Assembly: GCA_963771355.1 (NCBI GenBank)
Contig: CAVYTA010000007.1
Location: 192,001-256,000, forward strand
Source of the DNA: an uncultured Candidatus Rokubacteria bacterium
Lineage (GTDB): Bacteria; Methylomirabilota; Methylomirabilia; Rokubacteriales; CSP1-6
Direction: 5' to 3'
DNA length: 64,000 nucleotides
Shown piece by piece: positions 52,880-64,000 of this stretch. The notes beneath the pieces were generated by a model, which did not search any database, was not told the origin of the DNA, and saw only the letters and a list, made by a program, of their open reading frames with translations. The translations under genes and the position numbers were made by a program. Positions within the stretch are counted from its first letter, which is position 1. The number at the start of each line of letters is the position of its first letter.

Positions 52880-53020
52880 GGACGGATGATGCGCCAATCC
52901 GCGCATGCATGGCAAGCGGGTCGGCGGGGGCACCGGGGGCATCGCTTGACGCGGCCGCGCTCGTGCCGGACTCTAGAGGCCCGTGACTTATTCCGCGCCG
53001 CCCGACCCGACCCGTCTCGC

Positions 53021-56000
53021 ATGACCGCGTGTCCCCGCTGCGGGCACCCGGCGCTCGCGGGGGCTCGCTTCTGCTCCGCGTGCGGGACGCCGCTGGTGGC
53101 GCCGCCCGATCCCGCGCGCTTCGGCTCGCCGGGCGCCTACACGCCCGCCCATCTCGCCGAGCGCATCCGCGGCTCGCGCGAGGCGCTGGCCGGCGAGCGC
53201 AAGCAGGTCACCGTGCTCTTCGCCGACATGCAGGGCTCGATGGAGCTGCTCGCGGACCGGGATCCCGAGGAGGCGGGCCGTATCCTCGACCAGGTCCTCG
53301 AGCAGATGATGGAAGCCGTGCACCGCTACGAGGGCACCGTGAACCAGGTGATGGGCGACGGGATCATGGCGCTGTTCGGTGCCCCGCTCGCCCACGAGGA
53401 CCATGCCGTGCGGGCCGCCTACGCGGCCCTCCGCATGCAGGAGCGCATCGGCGCCTTCGGCGACCGCATGCAGCGCGCGGCGGGGGTGCCGCTGCAGATC
53501 CGCGTGGGCATCAACTCGGGCGAGGTGATGGTGCGCGCGATCGAGAACGATCTCTCCATGTCCTATACCGCGGTGGGCCCCACCGTGCATCTCGCCGCGC
53601 GCATGGAGCAGATGGCCAAGCCCGGCTCCATCCTCGCCACCGCCGACACGGTGGCCCTGGGCGGGGGCCGCGTGGTGACGCGCTCGCTGGGCCTCATCCC
53701 GGTGCGCGGCCTTCACGCCCCGGTGGAGGTGCACGAGGTGACGGGAGCCGCCACCGCCCCCTCCCGCGCCGACGCCGCCGCCGCGCGCGGGCTCTCCCCC
53801 TTCGTGGGCCGCGACACGGAGCGCGCCGCGCTCCTGGCCGCGCTCGACGCCGCCGCGGGCGGGGGCGGCCCGGTGGTGGCGATGGTGGGCGAGGCCGGCG
53901 TGGGCAAGTCGCGTCTCGTCCGCGAGTTCACCCGGCTCGCGCGCGAGCAGGGCGCCCTGGTGCTGGAGACGGCGACCGTCTCCTACGGCCGGGCGGTCGG
54001 GCACCGCGCCGGCATCGAGCTCAACCGCCGCTTCTTCCAGATCGAGCGGGGCGACGACGAGGCCGTCGCGCGCGAGAAGATCGCCGCCGGCATGCGCGCG
54101 GTGGACCGCGGCCTCGAGGACGGCATCGCCGCCGTGCAGTGGCTGCTGGGGGTGCCGCCGGCCGCGAGTCCGTTTCTCGCCCTGGATCCCGGCGCGCGCC
54201 GGCGCCGGGCGGTGGAGGTGCTCGTTCGCCTGGTGGACGGGCTGTGCGCGCGCCAGCCGGTGGTGCTGGTGTTCGAGGATCTGCAGTGGCTGGACTCCGA
54301 GGGCGCGGAGGCGCTCGACTACATGGCCACGCACATGCCGAAGCGCGCGCTGCTGCTGGTCACTTACCGGCCCGAGCACGACGACCGGTGGCACCGGGTG
54401 CCGGGCTATGCCCGGCTGCGGCTCGAGCCTCTGGCCCCGCCGGCGGCGCAGGCGCTGCTCGCTTCGCTCCTCGGCCCCGCCGAGGACACCGGCCCCATCA
54501 GCCGTCTCGTCGCCGAGCGCGGCCGGGGCAACCCGCTCTTCCTGGAGGAATGCGTGCGGAGCCTCGCGGACACCGGCGTCCTCGCGGGCTCGCGCGGCGC
54601 CTATCGCGTGGTCCGGCCGGCGGCGACCCTGGAGGTACCCGCCAGCGTGCGCGCGGTGCTCGCCGCGCGCATCGACCGCCTGCCCGCGGAGCAGAAGCGG
54701 CTCCTGCAGGCGGCGTCGGTGGTGGGCGAGGACGTGCCGGTGCCGCTGCTCGAGGCCATCGTGGACCTGCCCGTCGAGCGCGTGCGCGCGGCGCTCGACG
54801 AGCTGCGCGGCGCCGAGCTGCTTGCCGAGGCCTCCCTCTTTCCCGACCCGGTCTACGCCTTCCGGCACGCCCTCGCTCACGACGTGGCGTACGCGAGCCT
54901 GCTCCACGAGGGCCGGCGCGCGCTCCACGCGCGCATCGTGGAGACCATCGAGCGGCTCTACGCGGGGCGGCTGGACGATCAGATCGAGCGCCTGGCCCAC
55001 CACGCCTTCACCGGAGAGCAGTGGGCGCGCGCGGTGCACTACTGCCGCGAGGCCGGCCTGCGCGCGCTCGCGCGGCTGAGCTGTCCCGAGGCGGTGGAGC
55101 GGCTCGAGCGCGCCCTGGAGGCCCTCGGCCATCTCCCCGCCTCGGAGGAGTCGCGGCGGCTCGCGGTGGACCTCCGGTTCAACCTGGGGGCGGCGCTGGT
55201 TCCGCTGGGCGCGCATGCGCGGGCTCTGGGCGTCCTCCGCGAGGCGGAGGCCCTCGCGGGGACGCTGGGCGACGAGCGGCGGCTGGCGCGCGCGCTCTCC
55301 TATCAGAGCAACATGCACTGGGAGATGGGCGACGCCGAGGCGGCCAGCGAGGCGGGCCGGCGTGCGCTCGCCATCGCGGAGCGCGCCGAGGACCTCGCGC
55401 TCCAGGTGGTGGGCAACTTCAGCCTGGCCGGCGCCACGCGCTCTCTCGGCGACTATCCGCGCGCGGCCGAGCTCCTGCGGCGGAACGTGGCCCTCCTCGA
55501 AGGCGACTTGCGCTACGAGACCTTCGGCCTCGCCGGGCTCGCGTCCGTGATGTCGCGCAGCCATCTCGCGTGGAGCCTGGCCGAGCTGGGGGAGTTCGAC
55601 GAGGCCATCGCGCGCGCGGAGGAAGGGATCCGCCTGGCGGAAGCGACGGGTCACGTGTACAGCCTGGCCTACGCCTGTCTCGGGCTGGGCGGCGCGCTCC
55701 TCCGCCGCGGCCGGCTCGGCGCCGCGCAGGGCGTGCTCGAGCGGGGTCTCGCCCTCTGCGAGGAGGTGCCGGGACTCTTCCCGCCCTTCGCCGGCGATCT
55801 CGCCCTCGTGCGCGCGCTGGGCGGCCGTGCGACGGAGGCGGTGGAGCTGGCGGCCCAGGGCGTGGCGCGAGCCGAGCGCATGGGCCGCCTCGGTCGGCTG
55901 TCCCTCATCGCCACCCACCTCGGCGAGGTGCAGCTGCTCGCCGGGCGGCTCGACGAGGCGGCCGAGCAGGGCCGGCGTGCGCTCTCCCTGGCGCGGACAC

Positions 56001-56353
56001 AGAAGGAGCGCGGCAATCAGGTGTACGCGCTGCGGCTGCTGGGCCTCGTGGCGAGCGAGACGCTGCCGGCGGACCGCGATGCCGTTGCGCGTTACGAGAG
56101 CGCCGCCCGATACTTCGACGAGGCGCTGGCCCTGGCGGAGGCGCTGGGAATGCGGCCGCTGATCGCGCGCTGCCGCCTGGGGCTGGGCCGGCTGGCGCGG
56201 CGCGCGGGCGACGCCGGGACCGCCGCGCGGCACCTCGACGCGGCGACCGCGCTGCTCCACGAGCTGGGAATGACCTACTGGCTGGAGCGCGTGGATCTCG
56301 ACCCCGCCGGCCGCGCCTCGTCCCTGGGGCCTCCCGGGGCCGCCACGAGGTGA
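53021..56353 (+). CDS. Zinc-ribbon / class III adenylate-guanylate cyclase / AAA ATPase / TPR protein
   Basis: CPRC...FCSACG; VTVLFADMQGS, GDGIMALFGAP; GEAGVGKS; FEDLQW; GNPLFLEE. Confidence 0.93.
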   Translation: MTACPRCGHPALAGARFCSACGTPLVAPPDPARFGSPGAYTPAHLAERIRGSREALAGERKQVTVLFADMQGSMELLADRDPEEAGRILDQVLEQMMEAVHRYEGTVNQVMGDGIMALFGAPLAHEDHAVRAAYAALRMQERIGAFGDRMQRAAGVPLQIRVGINSGEVMVRAIENDLSMSYTAVGPTVHLAARMEQMAKPGSILATADTVALGGGRVVTRSLGLIPVRGLHAPVEVHEVTGAATAPSRADAAAARGLSPFVGRDTERAALLAALDAAAGGGGPVVAMVGEAGVGKSRLVREFTRLAREQGALVLETATVSYGRAVGHRAGIELNRRFFQIERGDDEAVAREKIAAGMRAVDRGLEDGIAAVQWLLGVPPAASPFLALDPGARRRRAVEVLVRLVDGLCARQPVVLVFEDLQWLDSEGAEALDYMATHMPKRALLLVTYRPEHDDRWHRVPGYARLRLEPLAPPAAQALLASLLGPAEDTGPISRLVAERGRGNPLFLEECVRSLADTGVLAGSRGAYRVVRPAATLEVPASVRAVLAARIDRLPAEQKRLLQAASVVGEDVPVPLLEAIVDLPVERVRAALDELRGAELLAEASLFPDPVYAFRHALAHDVAYASLLHEGRRALHARIVETIERLYAGRLDDQIERLAHHAFTGEQWARAVHYCREAGLRALARLSCPEAVERLERALEALGHLPASEESRRLAVDLRFNLGAALVPLGAHARALGVLREAEALAGTLGDERRLARALSYQSNMHWEMGDAEAASEAGRRALAIAERAEDLALQVVGNFSLAGATRSLGDYPRAAELLRRNVALLEGDLRYETFGLAGLASVMSRSHLAWSLAELGEFDEAIARAEEGIRLAEATGHVYSLAYACLGLGGALLRRGRLGAAQGVLERGLALCEEVPGLFPPFAGDLALVRALGGRATEAVELAAQGVARAERMGRLGRLSLIATHLGEVQLLAGRLDEAAEQGRRALSLARTQKERGNQVYALRLLGLVASETLPADRDAVARYESAARYFDEALALAEALGMRPLIARCRLGLGRLARRAGDAGTAARHLDAATALLHELGMTYWLERVDLDPAGRASSLGPPGAATR

Positions 56354-56357
56354 TACC

Positions 56358-57227
56358 ATGCCGCCCATGAACGGCGCGCTCACGAGCATGGCGGAGGCCG
56401 CCCGGCTCGTCCGGAACGGCGACCGCGTGGTCTACGTCGGCTACATGCGGATGGAGCCGGTGGCGTTCTTCCACGAGCTCCTCCGCCAGCGCCGGCGGGA
56501 CCTCCACCTCGTGCTGGCTCCCAGCTCGGGGTGGGTGGCCGACATGATGATCGGCGCCGGCGCCCTGGCCGACATCGAGTTCTCGAGCCTGTCCTTCATG
56601 GAATATGGCTTCGCGCCGAACTTCCGGCGCCGAGCGGAGGCGGGGAGCCTCCGCTACCTCGAGCACTCCTGACCCGCCCTCATGAGCGCACTCCAGGCTG
56701 GAGTGATGAACGTCCCCTTCGTGCCGGTGCGCGGGCTCCTGGGCACGGACTACATGAAGGTGCGGCCGGACTTCCGTGCGGTCCCCAATCCCTACGATCC
56801 CCGTGAGGAGATCGCGCTGGTGCCCGCCATCGCGCCCGACGTCGCCGTCTTCCACGGCATCCGCGGCGACCGCCACGGCAATGTCATCACCAGCGGGGTG
56901 CTGGACGCCAAGCTCATCGCGCAGGCCTCGCGGCGCGCGGTGGCCACGGTGGAGGAAGTCTCGGACGGCGACCTCACGCTCGAGCCGCACACCGGGGTGC
57001 TCGTCCCCGGCATCCACGTCTCCGCGGTCGTGCACGCGCCGCGCGGCGCCCATCCCACCGCCTTCGAGGGCAAGTATCCGGTGGACGGCGAGCACGTGCG
57101 CGAGTACGTGAGCGCCGCCGGGAGCGAGGCCACCTTCGCCGAGTGGCTGGACCGCTACGTGTACGGGGTGCTCGACCACGCCGCGTACCTCGAGCGCGTC
57201 GGGCTCGCAGCCGCGGCGGCCCGCTGA
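56358..57227 (+). CDS. Class I CoA-transferase-like alpha subunit, probable selenoprotein (UGA at 56670-56672)
   Basis: ORFs 56358..56672 and 56682..57227 are in the same frame separated only by TGA; joined length 289 aa; ADMMIGAG, LQAG..NVPFVPVRGLLGTD, VPAIAPDVAVFH..RGDRHGN; SECIS-like hairpin follows. Confidence 0.82.
56680..56709 (+). promoter_or_regulatory. Putative bacterial SECIS element
   Basis: TCAT-gagcg-CACTCCA-GGC-TGGAGTG-ATGA; apical loop begins with G, 23 nt after UGA. Confidence 0.72.
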
Positions 57228-57241
57228 AGCCGACGGGCCGG

Positions 57242-57976
57242 ATGGCCCCCACCGCCGATGAGCCCACCCGCGCCGAGGTGATGGCGGTCGCCATCGCGCG
57301 GCGCCTGCGCGACGGCGAGACCATCGCGGTGGGCTCGGTGTCGCCCATCCCCGCCAGCGCCTGCCTTCTCGCCAAGCGGCTCCACGCCCCGGCGGCGCGC
57401 CTCATCCTCCTCGGCAGCCGCGCCCACTTCCCCTTCAATGGCGGGGTGCAGGAGTTCTACAACTACGCGGTGCGGGGACGGCTGGACGTCTTCTTCGCCA
57501 GCGGGGCGCAGATCGACGGCCACGGCAACTTCAACCTCAGCGTGATCGGGGACTACGACCGGCCCACCGTCCGGCTGCCGGGCGGGCGCGCCAACGGCAT
57601 CCTCTCCTTCGTGGCCAAGCGCCTCATCCTCTTCCGCACCGAGCACAGCCGCCGCGTCTTCGTGCCCCGGGTGGACTTCATCACCTCGCCCGGCACCACC
57701 CCGGAGGGCGTGTACCGGATCGGCGGGCTCCACGCGGTGGTGACCGACCTCTGCGTGTTCGAGTTCGATCGCGCGAAGGGCCGCCTCGAGCTGGGCACGG
57801 TGCATCCGGGGGTGACCCTGGCGGAGGTCGAGAGCCGGACCGGGTTTCCCCTGCACGCGCCCTCGCCCGTGCCCGCCTCGCCGACCCCGAGCGCGGAGGA
57901 GCTGGCGCTCCTGCGCGGGCCGGTGCGCGAGGAGCTCGGCACCTTCTACCCGGAGTTCGTCAAGCAGCAGTCTTGA
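57242..57976 (+). CDS. Class I CoA-transferase-like beta subunit (GctB-like)
   Basis: LDVFFASGAQIDGHGNFN, RLPGG, HSRRVFVPRVDFITSPG, VVTDLCVF, HPGVT. Confidence 0.9.
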   Translation: MAPTADEPTRAEVMAVAIARRLRDGETIAVGSVSPIPASACLLAKRLHAPAARLILLGSRAHFPFNGGVQEFYNYAVRGRLDVFFASGAQIDGHGNFNLSVIGDYDRPTVRLPGGRANGILSFVAKRLILFRTEHSRRVFVPRVDFITSPGTTPEGVYRIGGLHAVVTDLCVFEFDRAKGRLELGTVHPGVTLAEVESRTGFPLHAPSPVPASPTPSAEELALLRGPVREELGTFYPEFVKQQS

Positions 57977-58054
57977 CGGGAGCCTCGGAAATAGGCAATA
58001 AGTATCGGGTTGCCCCGGATCACCCATTCTGAATCGCACAGGGAGATATCGCAC

Positions 58055-60535
<2,481 letters not shown>

Positions 60536-60550
60536 TCCTCTTCCCTCTCC

Positions 60551-60588
60551 CCCCTCACCCCGACCCTCTCCCCCACGGGGGAGGGGGG
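60551..60588 (+). repeat. REP-like palindromic element
   Basis: CCCCTCACCCCGACCCTCTCCCCCACGGGGGAGGGGGG just after the hppA stop. Confidence 0.6.
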
Positions 60589-60848
60589 TAGGGCTTCACC
60601 CGCTCCCTGCTGGCGAGGGGGAAGACGCTGACCGAGGCCGGCGGCTGTGCCGCCGCCAAACTAGCGGAATCTGCTCGCCCTGGCGTCGTGGGGCGACTCC
60701 CAGTCATACTCCTCGCGGACGTTTATTTCCCCTTCGCCAATCCGCCGGGCCCTGATTGACGTTTTATAGGTCGATGCGGGATTGCTGCGGCAATGCTGAA
60801 CCGTTAACCGCCTGGCCCGATCCTTCCCTGGACAACAGGGCCGGCTAG

Positions 60849-61160
60849 ATGAGCGACGACTGCGTCCTGCCCGAGAAGGTCCGCGAACTGATCCAAGCCG
60901 GGAAGCTGCCCCGGCGGGCCCCAGAGCGTACGTGGGGAGGATCAGGTGTCGGGGCTGACTGCGCGATCTGTGATGTGCCGGTGAAGCGTGACGAGCTTGA
61001 ACTCGAGATTGAATACGCACGGGACGGCAATGATGGCACCCTGGACAACTATCATGTCCACGTCCGCTGCTTCGTGGTCTGGGAGCATGAGCGCCACCAC
61101 CTCGAACAGGCGCCTGGGCCCCCATGGCTGAGGGCGGCACCGTCAGAGTCAACCCCGTGA
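60849..61160 (+). CDS. Small putative Zn-binding protein
   Basis: GKLP...WGG.G...CAIC...HVRC..VW. Confidence 0.65.
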   Translation: MSDDCVLPEKVRELIQAGKLPRRAPERTWGGSGVGADCAICDVPVKRDELELEIEYARDGNDGTLDNYHVHVRCFVVWEHERHHLEQAPGPPWLRAAPSESTP

Positions 61161-61208
61161 GCTTCCCCGTCTTGACCGGAACGACCAACGACGGCATACT
61201 GCCCGGCG

Positions 61209-61863
61209 GTGGCTGCGGCGCAAACTCCAGATCAGGACCGGCAGCGTGATCCCGAGACGACCCTGGGTGATTTGCTCTACGCCAACAAGGCGAAGACGCC
61301 CATTCCCGAGAGCGACTGGGTCGGACTCGTCCAGTCCATCGCTCGAGGCGACCAGTTGGCGCTGCATGCACTCTACACGCAGGCACATCGAATCGTGTTC
61401 ACCTTGATCATGCGGATCACCAGCAATCGGGCAACCTCTGAAGAGCTGACGCTGGATGTGTTCTACGATGTGTGGCGACGAGCCTCGTCGTACGATCCGG
61501 AGGGCGGCCCCGTCATCGGATGGATCATGAACCAAGCGCGGTCCAGAGCGATTGACCGGTTGCGGTTCGACCAGCGGAAGAAACGCGTCAACGATCATGC
61601 GGACGGTCCACTTCCGGTGACGGCTTCGCGTGGCCCCGACGAGGCCTTCGACGCTCAGAGAGCAGGGCCAGCTCTTGCGAGAGGCCTTGAAGGTACTCTC
61701 TCCGCAAGAGCGACAGGCTATCGAAACCGCATTTTTCTCCGAGATGACGTATGCCGAAGCAGCAGCACAATTGAATCAACCCCTCGGAACCGTGAAGACA
61801 CGAATCCGCTCCGGATTGGCAGCACTCCGACAGGCGCTCACCGACGCATTGAGGGCCCGATGA
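61209..61863 (+). CDS. ECF sigma factor (SigK/RpoE-like), +1 frameshift near 61651-61655
   Basis: sigma2 region ARGDQLALHALY...WIMNQARSRAIDRLR; sigma4 LSPQERQAIETAFF...PLGTVKTRIRSGL in the other frame. Confidence 0.85.
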
Positions 61864-62441
61864 GTTCAGAATCGAGCCACCACGATCGGGACCGCCTGGA
61901 ATCGGTGTTCCTTTACGCCTTGCAGGTCCTTCCCTCGAGCGAGCGTCTCCTCGTGGAGGCGCATATCTCCGCGTGTGCGGATTGCCGGCACGAACTGGAG
62001 ACGCTTCGCCCAGTCATCGGCGCCTTCACCTCCTGGCCAACCGATGTGCTGCGACCATCGGCATCGCTATGGGAACGCCTTGCCCAGCGAATCGCGGCGG
62101 AGACGGGCGAGGCGCCGGGGATATCAGCGCCTCGCCGACTGGCTGAACCGGAATGGGAAGAGGCGGCGCCTGGCATCTCCTGCAAACTCCTCGCCACGGA
62201 TACAGAGAAACACCGCGTCAGCATGCTCGTGCGGCTCGCGCCGGGAGCCGAGTATCCGCCTCATCGTCATGCCGGAATCGAAGAGTTGTATCTGTTGCAT
62301 GGTGAGCTGACGATCGACGACAAGAAGCTCTATCCTGGGGACTACAACCGGGCGGAGCCTGGCACCGCCGATCAGCGTATCTGGAGCGAGACCGGCTGTA
62401 CGTGCGTTCTCCTCACCTCGACCCGAGACGTTCTTCGCTGA
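61860..62441 (+). CDS. ChrR-like anti-sigma factor (ZAS + cupin)
   Basis: HISACADC; LVRLAPGAEYPPHRH..IEELYLLHG; ATGA overlap with the sigma stop. Confidence 0.88.
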   Translation: MSSESSHHDRDRLESVFLYALQVLPSSERLLVEAHISACADCRHELETLRPVIGAFTSWPTDVLRPSASLWERLAQRIAAETGEAPGISAPRRLAEPEWEEAAPGISCKLLATDTEKHRVSMLVRLAPGAEYPPHRHAGIEELYLLHGELTIDDKKLYPGDYNRAEPGTADQRIWSETGCTCVLLTSTRDVLR

Positions 62442-62515
62442 GTGTGCTTCGCGGTCGGACGGCCTCGCTTCCGTGCGGGTCCGGAAGACGGGGGCGGGTG
62501 TAGGCTGAACGCTAC

Positions 62516-63517
62516 ATGATCCTCGGGGTGCTCGACCAGTCTCCCATCCGGAGCGGCGGGACCGCGGCCGAGGCCATCCAGGAGACGCTGCAGCTCGCCG
62601 AGCGCGCCGATCGTCTCGGCTATCACCGGTACTGGCTGGCCGAGCATCACAGTAGCGGCGGGCTGGCCGGCTCCGCTCCCGAGGTCCTCATCGGCCAGGT
62701 CGCGTCGCGGACCTCGCGCATCCGCGTGGGCTCGGGCGGCGTCATGCTCAGCCACTACAGCGCCCTCAAGGTGGCCGAGAACTTCCGCGTGCTGGAGGCG
62801 CTGTTCCCCGGCCGCATCGACCTCGGCATCGGCCGCGCGCCCGGCAGCGACCAGCGCACCGCGCGGGCGCTGCGACAGGGGCCGGGGGCGCTGGGGCTGG
62901 AGCAGTTCCCCCAGCAGCTCGCCGATCTCATCAGCTTTCTCCACGACGAGCTGCCGCCCGGCCATCCCTTCACCGGGGTGCGCGCGATGCCGGCCGGCCC
63001 CACCGCGCCGCCGCTCTGGATCCTCGGCTCGAGCGGGGAGGGGGCGTTGCTGGCGGCGCATTTCGGCACCGCGTTCTCCTACGCGCATTTCATCAATGCG
63101 GACGGCGGCACCGAGGCGACGCGCGCGTACCGGGAGAGCTTCCGGCCCTCGCCCCGCCTGGCGGCTCCCCAGGCCAGCGTGGCCGCCTTCGTGCTGTGCG
63201 CGGACACCGAGGAGCAGGCCGATCGGCTGGCCCGCTGCCGCGACCTCTTCATCGTGCGGCTGTACACGGGACGGTTCGGGCCCTTCCCGTCGGTGGAGGA
63301 AGCGGCCGCGTACGCGTTCAGCCCGCCGGAGCTGGCCATCGTGGAGCAGGCACGCGCCCGCACGGTGGCGGGCACGCCGGACCGCGTGAAGGCGCGGCTG
63401 GAGGCGCTCGCCTCGGACTATGGGGTGGACGAGGTGGTGGTGGTCACCATCGCCCACGAGTTCAAGGCCCGCCTGCGCTCCTACGAGCTGCTGGCGGAGG
63501 TGTTCGGCCTCTTCTGA
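62516..63517 (+). CDS. LLM-class flavin-dependent oxidoreductase
   Basis: LDQSPI, RYWLAEHH, RVGSGGVML, PGRIDLGIGRAPG. Confidence 0.93.
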   Translation: MILGVLDQSPIRSGGTAAEAIQETLQLAERADRLGYHRYWLAEHHSSGGLAGSAPEVLIGQVASRTSRIRVGSGGVMLSHYSALKVAENFRVLEALFPGRIDLGIGRAPGSDQRTARALRQGPGALGLEQFPQQLADLISFLHDELPPGHPFTGVRAMPAGPTAPPLWILGSSGEGALLAAHFGTAFSYAHFINADGGTEATRAYRESFRPSPRLAAPQASVAAFVLCADTEEQADRLARCRDLFIVRLYTGRFGPFPSVEEAAAYAFSPPELAIVEQARARTVAGTPDRVKARLEALASDYGVDEVVVVTIAHEFKARLRSYELLAEVFGLF

Positions 63518-63990
63518 TGCCCGTTCAGCCGCACCGTCTCGCCCAGGGCGGCGGCAAGGTTGCGGCGGGCGGCCACCAGGCTCGGGTGTACCTCCAGGCA
63601 ACGGCGGAAGAGGTCCGCGGCCTCGCGGTGCTGGCCCAGCGCCATGTGGCACAGCCCCTGACCGGACAGCGCGCCGAAGTGGCGCGGCTTGCGCGCGATG
63701 GTCTCGGCGCAGTCGGCGATGGCGCCCGCGAAATCCTCCGCGAGGTAGCGGACGGTGGCGCGCTTGTTCCAGCCCTCCGCGAAGTCCGGCGCGATCTCGG
63801 TGACGTGGGCGAAGAGCTCCTCGGCGCGGGGGAAGTCGCGCCGCTCCATGGCCGCCACGCCGTCGCGCATCAGCCGGTCCACCTCGGGGATCCCGGAGTG
63901 CGTCCACATCTCCCAGAGCACGGCCTCGGCGCGTGCGACCCGCGCCGGATCGTCGCCGAGGAGCTCGCGGTACGCTTCGTTCTCGTTCAC
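63481..63990 (-). CDS. TPR protein
   Basis: APDFAEGWNKRAT, PRHFGALSGQG. Confidence 0.85.
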   Translation of the reverse strand: MNENEAYRELLGDDPARVARAEAVLWEMWTHSGIPEVDRLMRDGVAAMERRDFPRAEELFAHVTEIAPDFAEGWNKRATVRYLAEDFAGAIADCAETIARKPRHFGALSGQGLCHMALGQHREAADLFRRCLEVHPSLVAARRNLAAALGETVRLNGHQKRPNTSASSS

Positions 63991-64000
63991 GGGATCCTCT

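Noticed and set aside
51950..53020. N-terminal extension of the 1467-aa ORF
   Set aside because: Antisense to real genes at 51935-52879; the zinc-ribbon start is at 53021

Overview
GC-rich bacterial chromosomal DNA. The gene repertoire (ABC_sub_bind solute-binding protein, zinc-ribbon/adenylate cyclase/AAA/TPR protein, small WTKPG-type lipoprotein) suggests Ca. Rokubacteria/Methylomirabilota, which is an inference. 1-12.9 kb holds an ion channel, chaA, pgi, tkt, a CinA-like unknown and an RND efflux operon. 13-40 kb is a mosaic accessory region with paralog pairs (2 GH63 glucosidases, 2 FixJ-type regulators, 2 HtrA-like proteases), a MASE1 sensor kinase, aqpZ, tRNA-Thr and many gene remnants. 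Ten intergenic copies of an 18-bp palindrome (ATAGGAC-N4-GTCCTAT) tie this region together as a probable regulon. 40-44.7 kb is a more AT-rich stress/detox patch, and 44.7-64 kb is metabolic and regulatory genes. The top candidate for a novel system is a class I CoA-transferase-like alpha/beta pair at 56358-57976. The alpha gene has an in-frame TGA followed by a bacterial SECIS-like hairpin (probable selenocysteine), and the beta subunit lacks the canonical catalytic Glu. Four single-base frameshifts (pgi, htrA, selA-like, ECF sigma) look like long-read consensus errors.
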